Below, in pieces: positions 27,447 through 36,194 of a DNA stretch of 64,000 nucleotides (position 1 is its first letter; each line of letters begins with the position of its first letter). Source of the stretch: Streptosporangiaceae bacterium. GTDB taxonomy: Bacteria; Actinomycetota; Actinomycetes; Streptosporangiales; Streptosporangiaceae. The stretch is from NCBI GenBank assembly GCA_035511035.1, contig DATKFV010000039.1:3531-67530 (forward strand). Direction: 5' to 3'. The notes below the pieces were generated by a model, which saw nothing but the letters and a program-made list of their open reading frames with translations, made no database searches and was not told the origin of the DNA. A program made the translations under genes and the position numbers.

Positions 27447-28358
27447 GTGGGGGACACTGAGAACGTGACGCGAGACGTAACCGCAGAGATAACCGAGGTG
27501 ACGGAGTTCTGGCAGGGGCTCGGCCTGCCCGGCCTGATCGACCTGCACGTGCACTTCATGCCGCCGAACGTGCTCGCGAAGGTGTGGGCGTACTTCGACG
27601 GCGGGAACGAGGCGGGCCGTCCCTGGCCGGTCGCCTACCGGTTGCCGCAGGACGAGCGGCTGTCGCTGCTGCGCTCGTTCGGGGTCCGCCGGTTCGGGGC
27701 GCTGTCGTATCCGCACAAGCCAGACATGGCGGAGTGGCTGAACTCGTGGGCGGCGCAGTTCGCCCGGCAGACGCCCGATGCCCTGCACAGCGCGACGTTC
27801 TTCCCCGAGGAGGGCGCCGCCTGGTACGTCGGGAACGCGATCGACGAAGGGGCGCGGCTGTTCAAGGCCCACCTGCAGGTCGGGCGCTATGACCCGCGCG
27901 ATCCTGAGCTCGAGCCGGTCTGGGACATCCTCGCCGGTACCAGGACGCCGGTCGTGGTGCATTGCGGCTCTGGGCCGACGCCGGGGGCGTTCACCGGGCC
28001 AGGGCCGATCTCTGAGGTCATGGCCAGGCATCCCGACCTGATCATGGTCGTGGCGCACCTGGGGGCGCCCGAGTACGGTGACTTCCTCGACCTGGCCGAG
28101 AAGTACTCGTTCGTCTACCTCGACACGACGATGGCGTTCAGCGACTTCATGGACAGGATCGCGCCGTTCCCCGCTGCCCTGGTGCCCAGGCTCGCGGAGC
28201 TGGGGGAGCGGATCGTGCTGGGGACGGACTTCCCCAACATCCCTTACCGGTACGGCCACCAGCTTGAGGCGCTGGCGCGGCTTGGGCTCGGGGATGACTG
28301 GCTGCGGGCGGTGTGCTGGGAGAACCCGGCGCGGCTGCTCGACGAGGTCGCTGGCTGA
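27447..28358 (+). CDS. amidohydrolase-family metal-dependent hydrolase
   Basis: GLIDLHVHFMPPNV (HxH), VVHCG, VVAHLG, LGTDFP. GTG start at 27447 or 27465. Confidence 0.75.
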   Translation: MGDTENVTRDVTAEITEVTEFWQGLGLPGLIDLHVHFMPPNVLAKVWAYFDGGNEAGRPWPVAYRLPQDERLSLLRSFGVRRFGALSYPHKPDMAEWLNSWAAQFARQTPDALHSATFFPEEGAAWYVGNAIDEGARLFKAHLQVGRYDPRDPELEPVWDILAGTRTPVVVHCGSGPTPGAFTGPGPISEVMARHPDLIMVVAHLGAPEYGDFLDLAEKYSFVYLDTTMAFSDFMDRIAPFPAALVPRLAELGERIVLGTDFPNIPYRYGHQLEALARLGLGDDWLRAVCWENPARLLDEVAG

Positions 28359-28372
28359 GTTAGATAGAGACT

Positions 28373-29008
28373 GTGGACGACCAAGGAACCGGTTCCTGGC
28401 TGGATGACCTCGCATCGGCGGCGCCAGCGCCTGGCGGGGGAGCGGCGGCGGCGATGCTGGCGGCGATCGGGGCGGCGCTGGTGAGCATGGTCTGCGAGCT
28501 GACCATCGGCAAGCCCGCGTACGCGGAGCACGAGGAGGTCATGCGAGCGGCGCGGGCCTCGGCGACCGATTTCCTGGCCCGGGCGCGCCGGCTCGCCGAC
28601 GAGGACGCGGTCGCGTTCGGCGCGGTCAGCGGGGCCTACCGGCTGCCGAAGGGCACCGAGGCGGAGCGGGCCGCGCGGACCGAGGCGATCCAGGTGGCGC
28701 TGGTCGGCGCGGCCGGGGTGCCGCTGCGGACGGCGGCGGTCGCGGCCGGGATCATCGAGCTGAGCGAGCGGATCTTGCCCGGGGCCAACGTCAACGTGCT
28801 GTCCGATGTCGCCGTGGCCGCGTCGTCGGCCCGGGCGGCGCTGGAGGCCGCCGAGGTCAACGTCGAGATCAACCTGGCGGCGCTGCGTGACCCGGCCGGG
28901 CGGGCGATCCTGCGGGCCGAGCTGGCTGAGTTCGGGCCGGCCGCCGCGGTCGCCGACCGGGTGATCGCCGCCGTCAGGGAGCGGATCGCCGCGGGGTCGG
29001 GAGGCTAG
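28373..29008 (+). CDS. cyclodeaminase/cyclohydrolase family protein (FTCD C-domain / FchA-like)
   Basis: WLDDLASAAPAPGGGAAAAMLAAIGAALVSMVCELTIGKPAY. Directly upstream of folD. Confidence 0.8.
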   Translation: MDDQGTGSWLDDLASAAPAPGGGAAAAMLAAIGAALVSMVCELTIGKPAYAEHEEVMRAARASATDFLARARRLADEDAVAFGAVSGAYRLPKGTEAERAARTEAIQVALVGAAGVPLRTAAVAAGIIELSERILPGANVNVLSDVAVAASSARAALEAAEVNVEINLAALRDPAGRAILRAELAEFGPAAAVADRVIAAVRERIAAGSGG

Positions 29009-29854
29009 GTGCGGCTGGTCGACGGGCGGGCGATCGCGGCCGGGATCGCGGCGGAGGTCGCCGCCTTCGTCGCTGGGCGTGGCCGGTCCTGGCCGACTCC
29101 GACGCTGGCGGTGGTGCTGCCGACGCAGGACGAGGCCGCGAGGTGGTACGTGCGGTCGATCCAGCGGGCGGCGGCGAAGACGGGCATCAGCTGCCTGGTG
29201 GACGAGCTAGCCGGCGCGGGCGCTGGGGTGATCACGGCCCGGCTGGGCGAGCTGTCGGCCGATCCTGGGGTGCACGGGATCATCTGCCAGACCCCGCTGC
29301 CCACCGGGGCCAGCCTCGAGGAAGTCGCCGCGCACATCGACCCGGCCAAGGACGTGGACGGCGCTAACCCGGTGAGCCTGGGGCGGCTCACGGCCGGGCG
29401 GCCAAGCTTCGCGCCGGCGACGGCGGCGGCCGTGCTCGAGGTGCTGCACAGCGAGCAGGTGCCGCTGGCCGGGGCCAGGGCCGTGGTCGTGGGCCGCTCG
29501 GTGGTGGTGGGCAAGCCGGTCGCCCTGATGCTGCTCGCCCAGGATGCGACCGTGACGGTCTGCCACTCCAGGACCAGGGATCTGCTGGCCGTGTGCGCCG
29601 AGGCCGACGTTCTGGTCGCGGCGACCGGGCGGGCCGGGCTGATCGGCGCCGAGCACATCAAGCCAGGCGCGGTCGTCATCGACGTCGGCACGAATCCGAC
29701 CCCGGACGGAGGTTTCGTCGGTGACGTGAGAGCCGACGAGGCTGGCGGCGCCTCGGCGCTGACCCCGGTGCCTGGCGGCGTTGGCCCGGTCACCACGATG
29801 CTCCTGATGCGGCACACCGCCCAGGCCGCGGCCGGTGGGCCCGTTGGGAGGTGA
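29009..29854 (+). CDS. folD: bifunctional methylenetetrahydrofolate dehydrogenase/methenyl-THF cyclohydrolase
   Basis: LVDGRAIAAGI, PLP...VDGANPVSLGRL, VVVGRSVVVGKPVALML, TPVPGGVGPVTTMLL. Confidence 0.9.
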   Translation: MRLVDGRAIAAGIAAEVAAFVAGRGRSWPTPTLAVVLPTQDEAARWYVRSIQRAAAKTGISCLVDELAGAGAGVITARLGELSADPGVHGIICQTPLPTGASLEEVAAHIDPAKDVDGANPVSLGRLTAGRPSFAPATAAAVLEVLHSEQVPLAGARAVVVGRSVVVGKPVALMLLAQDATVTVCHSRTRDLLAVCAEADVLVAATGRAGLIGAEHIKPGAVVIDVGTNPTPDGGFVGDVRADEAGGASALTPVPGGVGPVTTMLLMRHTAQAAAGGPVGR

Positions 29855-30657
29855 CCGGGATCGGCTCGCCGGAAGCTGACGTCGTGTCCAGGCTCAGGGC
29901 GGCAGGCTGCGTCTTCGCCGAGGACGAGGCCAGCCTGCTGATCGCGGCCGCGCGCGATCCTGGTGACCTCGATTCCCTGGTCCGCCGGCGGGCGTCGGGG
30001 CAGCCGCTTGAGCACGTGCTCGGCTGGGCTGAGTTCGGCGGCTTGCGGGTCAGGGTCGATCCTGGGGTGTTCGTACCTCGCCGGCGCACCGAGTTCCTGG
30101 TCGAGCAGGCCGCGGGCCTGATGCCGCCAGGCGGCGTCGCGGTCGACCTGTGCTGCGGTTCGGGGGCGCTTGGCGCGGCGCTCGCCGCGCGGGTCCGGCT
30201 CGGCGAGCTGCACGCCACCGACATCGACCAGGCCGCGGTTCGCTGCGCCGCCGCCAACCTCGCAGCGATCGGTGGCCTGACCTATCAGGGCGACTTGTAC
30301 GAGCCGCTGCCGCCCGCGCTGCGCGGCCGGGTAGACGTCCTGCTCGCCAACGTGCCCTACGTGCCGGCCAGCGAGGTCGCGCTGCTGCCCGCCGAGGCGA
30401 GGCTGCACGAGGCGCGGGTGGCGCTCGACGGCGGCGCCGACGGTCTTGACGTCGCGCGCCGGGTCGTGGCGGGCGCACCGCGATGGCTGGCGCCGGGCGG
30501 CCATCTCCTGATCGAGACCAGCGAGCGGCAGGCGGCTGCCGCGGTGGCGGCGTTCGCCGAGGCCGGGCTCGACGCCCGGTTGGCTGCCTGCGACGAGTAC
30601 GCCGCCACCGTGGTCATCGGCGCCAGCCGCGACGAGCTAGCGCAGCCGGTTAGCTAG
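29851..30657 (+). CDS. putative protein N5-glutamine methyltransferase (PrmC-related)
   Basis: LEHVLGWAEFGGLRVRVDPGVFVPRRRTEFLV, DLCCGSGALG, LLANVPYVP (NPPY-like). Confidence 0.75.
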   Translation: MTGIGSPEADVVSRLRAAGCVFAEDEASLLIAAARDPGDLDSLVRRRASGQPLEHVLGWAEFGGLRVRVDPGVFVPRRRTEFLVEQAAGLMPPGGVAVDLCCGSGALGAALAARVRLGELHATDIDQAAVRCAAANLAAIGGLTYQGDLYEPLPPALRGRVDVLLANVPYVPASEVALLPAEARLHEARVALDGGADGLDVARRVVAGAPRWLAPGGHLLIETSERQAAAAVAAFAEAGLDARLAACDEYAATVVIGASRDELAQPVS

Positions 30658-30681
30658 CAGTCCGGCGAGCTGACTGCCTGG

Positions 30682-32166
30682 TCAGCGCACCACCTTGACC
30701 GTCGTGCTGGCACCGAAGTAGCTGGCCGCTGAGGCCGATGCCTTGTAGCCGCCAGGGGCCAGGCCCTTGGCGAAGGTGAAGGTCACGGTGCCGTTGCTGC
30801 CGGTGTGCCTGACCGTTCCCCTGAGGTCGACCTTGGCCCCGGCGACCCGGTCGCCGGCGTCGGTGACCGTGAACGTGACCTTGACCGGGTGCTTGTTGGT
30901 GATCTTGGCGTGGTTCGCCGTGATCGTCAGGCCCGCCTGCGACTGGGTGATGTAGATCGTGGGCACCGTGGTCGCGCCCGCGGACAGGCACTCGAGCCCG
31001 ACCTCGACCCGGCTGAAGCTGCCGCTCGTCAGGGCCAGGTGCGTGTTGCCGTCGGCGAAGCACGGCGCCGGGAAGGACGCGAGCGCCCCGAACCTGGTGT
31101 CGGCCTTGTTCGTCCGCACCGTGTAGACGCGGTTGTCTTGCTCGTCGTACCAGGCGAGCCAGAGCCGGCCGGCTGGTCCGGCCGACATGGCGAGCCCGAT
31201 CGCCAGCTTGGTGTGCGGGACCGTGATGGCCTTCTTGGCGCCCGCCTTCCACAGCAGGAACGTGTTGCACGTTCCGGCGTTCGAGCAGTAGGCGAGGTAG
31301 ACGCCGCCGCCGGGTCGGGACACGCTGGCCAGGGCCACTCGCTGTGGCACGGCCGGGTAGGAGACGCTTTCCGTGCCGGACAGCGGCGCCTTGATGACTG
31401 GTCCGCCGGCGGTCAGGTCCTTGACGTACACGCCGTCACTGCTGGGCTTGACCGAGAAGAAGCGGTAGAAAGCCACGTACGTGTCGCCGTTGCCGGCGGC
31501 GTCGTTGGCTTCGGCCACCGCGCTGGCGTGGGCGGCGCTGAGCGAGATCTGGCCGTCGGGCCCCTTCGCCGGGATCGATCCTGACGCCCCGATCCGGTAC
31601 TCGACTCCCTCGCCGCCTGACCAGGCGGCCGACAGCGTGCCCTTGGAGTTCTCGGCGGCATCGCCGTAGCCCACGTTGGAGAAAACGCAGTTCGACGACA
31701 GCGACCAGGACTGGACCGTCCATAGCCCGCTGGCTGGCAGCGCGCCGACCACGCAGCCCTGCTCGAGCGGAGGGTCGGTGCTGTCCTGGCCAGAGAAGAC
31801 GAGCAGCGGCACGCTCCCGTGCGCGAGCAGCGTCGGGTCGGCCGTCACGCCCGACCAGCCCTTGATGATCGGCCGTGGCTTTGCCGCGACGGTACCTGCC
31901 GGCGCGATCTTGGCGAGTTCGTAGGTGCCGTTCTTGTTCGACGACCAGACCAGCCAGGTCTGGTCGTCAGGGGCTCGCCACAGCACGGGCGGCGCCGTCT
32001 GGGACAGCCCGAGCTTGGTCCATGTGCCTGGCGCCTGCCCGGCCGCCAGCTGCGGTCCGCCCGCCGAATGCGGCCCGGCCGCCAGGCTGGCCGGCGATCC
32101 GGCGAGCAGCAGCGCGCCGCTCGCGATGACGGTGGCGATGAGGGCTGACCGATGATGTCTGATCAT
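30682..32166 (-). CDS. secreted protein, probable beta-propeller with C-terminal Ig-like domain
   Basis: ATG 32166 gives MIRHHRSALIATVIASGALLLAGSPASLAAG. C-terminus is VKVTFTVTDAGDRVAGAKVDLRGTVRHTGSNGTVTFTFAKG. The upstream part of ORF 30682..32376 looks non-coding. Confidence 0.6.
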   Translation of the reverse strand: MIRHHRSALIATVIASGALLLAGSPASLAAGPHSAGGPQLAAGQAPGTWTKLGLSQTAPPVLWRAPDDQTWLVWSSNKNGTYELAKIAPAGTVAAKPRPIIKGWSGVTADPTLLAHGSVPLLVFSGQDSTDPPLEQGCVVGALPASGLWTVQSWSLSSNCVFSNVGYGDAAENSKGTLSAAWSGGEGVEYRIGASGSIPAKGPDGQISLSAAHASAVAEANDAAGNGDTYVAFYRFFSVKPSSDGVYVKDLTAGGPVIKAPLSGTESVSYPAVPQRVALASVSRPGGGVYLAYCSNAGTCNTFLLWKAGAKKAITVPHTKLAIGLAMSAGPAGRLWLAWYDEQDNRVYTVRTNKADTRFGALASFPAPCFADGNTHLALTSGSFSRVEVGLECLSAGATTVPTIYITQSQAGLTITANHAKITNKHPVKVTFTVTDAGDRVAGAKVDLRGTVRHTGSNGTVTFTFAKGLAPGGYKASASAASYFGASTTVKVVR

Positions 32167-32366
32167 GTTCGCCTCGGTAAGTCGTGAGGGCGGTGGTCCG
32201 CTGCGGCCTGACCTGAATCCTTGCCGATGACGGGGCCGGGCACCAGGTCGGCGGACCGACCGTGACCGGGCTCTCAGCTTTGGCAGTAACGCATCGGGCG
32301 GGCGAAGCGCTGTAGAGGTGTTCGACTGATCGCCTCGGGAGACCGGGGCCTGCTCGAAGGAGAGAC

Positions 32367-32798
32367 ATGCGTTCAACCCGAGTGTCAGTGCTGGCCCGCG
32401 TGGGCTCGGCGACCGCGGTCGCCGGCCTTGCCATCGCCGGCGCGCTCGCGCCCGTGACCGCGGCTAGCGCTGCCACGACGCATCGCCTGCACAAGATCCC
32501 CACGCACCTGTTCGTCAGGGACCACGCGGTTCCCGGCACGCACCACAAGACCGACGCGATCATCGGCCTGCTGCGCGCGCGCGGTCACGGCCTGCCCGCC
32601 AAGCCGGTCGAGCTGTTCAGCCGGACCAAGGGCACCAAGTGGGCCGAGGTCAGCTCGGCCACGACGGCCAAACACGGCCTGGTCAAGTTCACGGTCACCC
32701 CGGCCACGAGGACGGCCTACGTGATCGTGTTCTCCGGCGACGTCCGATTCCGGCACAGCCACAGCGCGGTCATCTTGCTGAGGGCGCCGAAGGCCTAG
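32367..32798 (+). CDS. small secreted protein
   Basis: 143 aa. Signal peptide MRSTRVSVLARVGSATAVAGLAIAGALAPVTAASA. Beta-rich C-terminus. Confidence 0.55.
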   Translation: MRSTRVSVLARVGSATAVAGLAIAGALAPVTAASAATTHRLHKIPTHLFVRDHAVPGTHHKTDAIIGLLRARGHGLPAKPVELFSRTKGTKWAEVSSATTAKHGLVKFTVTPATRTAYVIVFSGDVRFRHSHSAVILLRAPKA

Positions 32799-32818
32799 CA
32801 TTTCGCCAGGCGGCGCTG

Positions 32819-32854
32819 GCCGGGGACCGCTTTCCCCCCAAAACGGTCCCCGGC
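32819..32854 (+). terminator. stem-loop terminator candidate
   Basis: GCCGGGGACCG (32819-32829) and CGGTCCCCGGC (32844-32854) form a perfect 11-bp stem with a 14-nt loop, 21 nt after the stop at 32798. No T-tract. Confidence 0.5.
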
Positions 32855-32886
32855 CGACCCGTCGGCGTGCAACCCTAACTGGCGCG

Positions 32887-33498
32887 ATGCAGACATGGAC
32901 TGACGACTTGGCCAGTGCGCTTGCCCGCGCCCGATCAGGCGACGAAACGGGCTTCGGAGAGCTGTGGCGGCAGCTCCAGCCTCGCCTGCTCCGTTACCTC
33001 CAGGTACTGAACTGCGCCGACCCCGACGACGTCGCGAGTGAGACCTGGCTGCAGGTGGTGCGTGACCTGCCGACCTTCTCCGGCGGCGACGAGGAGTTCA
33101 GGCGCTGGCTGTTCACCGTCGGTCGGCACCGGGCCATTGACGACGTCAGGGCGCGGCTGCGCCGTCCCACCGTTCCGATGCCGGAGACCATCGCCGCCGC
33201 CGTTCCCGACCGTGACCTGGTCGAAGACCAGGTGCTGCGCTCCCTGTCGGCCCGCCAGGCGGCCAGGCTGCTCGGCTTCCTTCCTGCCGACCAGGCCGAG
33301 GCGGTAGCCCTCCGAGTGCTGGCGGGCCTGGACACTTCGGCCGTCGCCGGCATCCTCGGCAAGTCATCGGGGGCGGTCCGAGTCGCCTTGCACCGAGGGC
33401 TCCGTACCCTGGCCGGCCATCCCGCCGTCCAGGCACTGGCGAACGATCCAGCGGTTCCAGGGACTGCGCGCTTGACGAAGGAGGTGGACCGTGGCTAG
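32887..33498 (+). CDS. ECF-type RNA polymerase sigma factor
   Basis: Region 2: DPDDVASETWLQVVRDLPTF...RRWLFTVGRHRAIDDVR. Region 4: QAEAVALRVLAGLDTSAVAGILGKSSGAVRVALHRGLRTL. Confidence 0.85.
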   Translation: MQTWTDDLASALARARSGDETGFGELWRQLQPRLLRYLQVLNCADPDDVASETWLQVVRDLPTFSGGDEEFRRWLFTVGRHRAIDDVRARLRRPTVPMPETIAAAVPDRDLVEDQVLRSLSARQAARLLGFLPADQAEAVALRVLAGLDTSAVAGILGKSSGAVRVALHRGLRTLAGHPAVQALANDPAVPGTARLTKEVDRG

Positions 33499-34618
33499 AG
33501 ATCCGTTCGACGACGGGGCCTCGCTCGATCCGGGCGTCAGCGAGCTGATCAGCGCCCTGACCGGTCCGCCGACCCAAGACGAGCTCGCCGGCCAGCACGC
33601 GGCCATCGCCATGTTCACCACTGTCAGGGATGCGCAAATGGGGCCGGCCCCGGCCCCGGCCGGCCCGCCCGAGCCCATCAAGCGCCGGTCGTTCCGCGCC
33701 GGCACCAGACTCGCGGCCGCCGCCACCGTCGTCGCCCTCGCGGGCGGGTTCGCCGCGGCCGGCTACGCGGCTGTCCTGCCATCCCCGATCCAGCACGTGG
33801 CGCACCAGCTACTCGGCTTCGTCGGCGTCCCCGACTCGCCCAAGCACGTGCAGAAGAAGGCCTCGCTGCGCAATCCCGGCCCATCCGGGTCGGTGATCAG
33901 CCCCGGTGCCCCGCACCATCACCGGACCAGCTCGGCGTCGCCGACGCCGAGCCCCACGGCGACGTCACCCCGCCCTCGGCCGACCCACTCCAAGTCGCCG
34001 TCGCCGCACCCGACCTCACCGTCCCCCAGCTCGTCGGCCCACCCGGTAGCCAGCCACGTCACCATCACCGCCTCGCAGCAGCAGATCACCGCCGGGGCGA
34101 GCGTGCAGTTCTCCGCATCGCTCACCAGCCGGGGCCAGCCCGAGCCTGGCGTCACGCTGACCCTGCTCGGGCAGCCAGGCGGCCGGGCCAACTGGCGCGT
34201 GGTCGGTCACCAGGCGACCAACGCGCAGGGCCAGGCCACCTTCACGGTGCCGACGCTGCCCTTCAACGCGACGTTCAGGGTCACCGGCAGCAGGGGCTTG
34301 CGCAGCGCCCCGGTGAGCGTCGTCGTCATCCCTGTCGTTTCCGCGCGCGCCGAGTCCGGCCCGAGGAAACGGGCGGCCGTGATTGTCGTAGCCGTTCCAT
34401 ACGCTCAGCACGGGAACCTGGTCGAGCTTGAGGCGCTCACCCGGTCCGGCCAGTGGAAGCCGATCCGCCTGCACCGCCTGCACAAGGGCAAGCGAGCCGC
34501 CTTCGAGGTCGTCACCCGCAAGGTCGCCGTCACCTACCAGGTAGTGCTGTTCGCCACGCCAAGGCACGGCCAGTCGGTCAGCCCCGAGGTCACGGTTCCG
34601 GCGAGGCCGGCGGGATAA
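33491..34618 (+). CDS. membrane-anchored protein co-transcribed with the ECF sigma factor (anti-sigma-like) with Pro/Ser-rich linker and Ig-like C-terminal domains
   Basis: Overlaps the sigma gene by 8 nt. One TM segment (LAAAATVVALAGGFAAAGYAAV). SPTPSPTATSPRPRPTHSKSPSPHPTSPSPSS linker. Confidence 0.6.
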   Translation: MARDPFDDGASLDPGVSELISALTGPPTQDELAGQHAAIAMFTTVRDAQMGPAPAPAGPPEPIKRRSFRAGTRLAAAATVVALAGGFAAAGYAAVLPSPIQHVAHQLLGFVGVPDSPKHVQKKASLRNPGPSGSVISPGAPHHHRTSSASPTPSPTATSPRPRPTHSKSPSPHPTSPSPSSSAHPVASHVTITASQQQITAGASVQFSASLTSRGQPEPGVTLTLLGQPGGRANWRVVGHQATNAQGQATFTVPTLPFNATFRVTGSRGLRSAPVSVVVIPVVSARAESGPRKRAAVIVVAVPYAQHGNLVELEALTRSGQWKPIRLHRLHKGKRAAFEVVTRKVAVTYQVVLFATPRHGQSVSPEVTVPARPAG

Positions 34619-34679
34619 GCCCGCTCACTCGCCGGTGACGACGCTCCTGACCCCGGACCGGTCCGTGCCCTGATCCCCC

Positions 34680-34707
34680 TTGACGAAATTTGTTTGGAAA
34701 GTATACG
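34680..34707 (+). promoter_or_regulatory. candidate sigma-70-type promoter for the GH18 gene
   Basis: TTGACG (34680-34685), 16 nt, TATACG (34702-34707) in an unusually AT-rich stretch about 80 nt upstream of ATG 34788. Confidence 0.3.
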
Positions 34708-34787
34708 AACTATTAGAGAAGGTGTGGTTGGCTAAGCCCTGCGGGCGGTTGACCCGCCTCGCTGGCCTGCTCCCAAGGAGACCCTCG

Positions 34788-35843
34788 ATGAGAGTTCGTT
34801 ATCTCTGGGCGGCCGCTGCCGCCGCTGCCATGGCCGTCGGCGGGTTCGCCCTGGTGCCCGCGTCCGCATCGGCGTCGGCTACCTCGGGGGTGACCCCGGC
34901 GCAGGTGTACGCGCCGTACTTCGAGGCCTACTTGCCGGGCAGCGTGTCAGTCGTGGCCAAGCAGTCGGGCGCAAAATGGATCACCTTCGCCTTCGCCCAG
35001 GCTCGAGCCAAGAAGGGCCCCGGTGCCTGCACCCTCACCTGGAACGGCCTCGGCAGCCAGACGATTAGCCGAGGCGGCTACCTATCCGGCGTGAAGTCCC
35101 TGGTCAAGCGCGGCGGCGGCGCGATCGTGTCGTTCGGCGGCTACAGCGCCGACGAGGGCGGCACTGAGATCGCCGACGCCTGCCACAGCGTCAAGACCAT
35201 CGCCGCCGCCTACGAGCGGGTCGTCACGGTCTACGGCATTCACCGGCTCGACATGGACATCGAAGCCAACTCCCTGACCAACAAGGCCGGCATCAACCGC
35301 CGCGACGAGGCGATCACGCTGCTGGAAAGCTGGGCCAAGGCCAAGGGCATCCCGCTGTGGATCCAGTTCACCCTGGGCGTCGAGCCGAACGGCTTCGACC
35401 AGCCGACCCTCGCCATCCTCCGCAACGCCATCAAGGACGGCACCGTCGTCAACTCGATCAACCTGATGGTCTTCGACTACTACCTGGGCACCGAGAAGAA
35501 GCCACTGCCGATGGGCGCGCTCGGAATCGAGTCAGCCAACACCGTCCACAAGCAGTTGCTGTCGGTCTACCCGAACCTGACCAGCCGCCAACTCTGGCAC
35601 CTACTGGGCTTCACGATGCTCCCCGGCATCGACGACTACCCCCGCAAGACCGAGGTCACGTACCTGCCCGACGCCCGCCAGATGATGAAGTTCGCCCAGT
35701 CCAAGGGCATGGACTTCCTGTCCATCTGGGCGCTGCAGCGCGACGATGGCCGCTGCCCAGGAGTGATCGACGGGAACTATTGCTCGGGGATCAAGCAGTC
35801 GCCCTGGGCCTTCAGCCACATGCTGGAGTCCTTCACGAGTTGA
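34788..35843 (+). CDS. secreted GH18-like glycosyl hydrolase (chitinase-like)
   Basis: ATG 34788 preceded by AAGGAG. Signal peptide MRVRYLWAAAAAAAMAVGGFALVPASASA. HRLDMDIE resembles the GH18 DxxDxDxE catalytic motif. Confidence 0.65.
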   Translation: MRVRYLWAAAAAAAMAVGGFALVPASASASATSGVTPAQVYAPYFEAYLPGSVSVVAKQSGAKWITFAFAQARAKKGPGACTLTWNGLGSQTISRGGYLSGVKSLVKRGGGAIVSFGGYSADEGGTEIADACHSVKTIAAAYERVVTVYGIHRLDMDIEANSLTNKAGINRRDEAITLLESWAKAKGIPLWIQFTLGVEPNGFDQPTLAILRNAIKDGTVVNSINLMVFDYYLGTEKKPLPMGALGIESANTVHKQLLSVYPNLTSRQLWHLLGFTMLPGIDDYPRKTEVTYLPDARQMMKFAQSKGMDFLSIWALQRDDGRCPGVIDGNYCSGIKQSPWAFSHMLESFTS

Positions 35844-36079
35844 CTGGCGGCGGAGGTTCGCTTTCCAGATCGGGATGACCAATTCGAGGTTCTTCCGGAC
35901 GGCATCGGTGACGGGACCATGATCTTGTGATCCGCATGGTCTATAGGCCAGCAGAAATACCAAGATCCTTGAATGAACGCTTGAAACTCGCCAAGATCTC
36001 TTGCTGCTAACGATTGCAGAGTCGGCTAGCCGCAGTTGGCGTGCTGCCAGGGAACCACGGACGCGATAGCACGAAATCG

Positions 36080-36154
36080 GATAATCCGAAAATGGATAGT
36101 CCGAGATAAGATAGTCCGAGATCAGATAGTCCGAAAATGGATAGTCCGAGATCG
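36080..36154. repeat. 15-bp tandem repeat x5 (GATAGTCCGAGATNN family)
   Basis: GATA[AG]TCCGA at 36080, 36095, 36110, 36125, 36140 (exact 15-bp register). Followed by the palindrome GTGCCCGATCGGGCAC (36174-36189). Confidence 0.85.
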
Positions 36155-36194
36155 GGTTGGGCTGGGCGGGCCAGTGCCCGATCGGGCACGGAGC

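Noticed and set aside
34686-34787. DasR (dre) or chitin-box operator upstream of the GH18 gene
   Set aside because: The AT-rich leader contains no sequence I can align with the 16-bp dre consensus or the TGGTC/GACCA direct repeats.
36007-36189. 60-aa minus-strand ORF (LGLSIFGLSDLGLSYLGLSIFGLSD)
   Set aside because: It is a translation of the 15-bp tandem repeat. There is no start context and no non-repeat domain.
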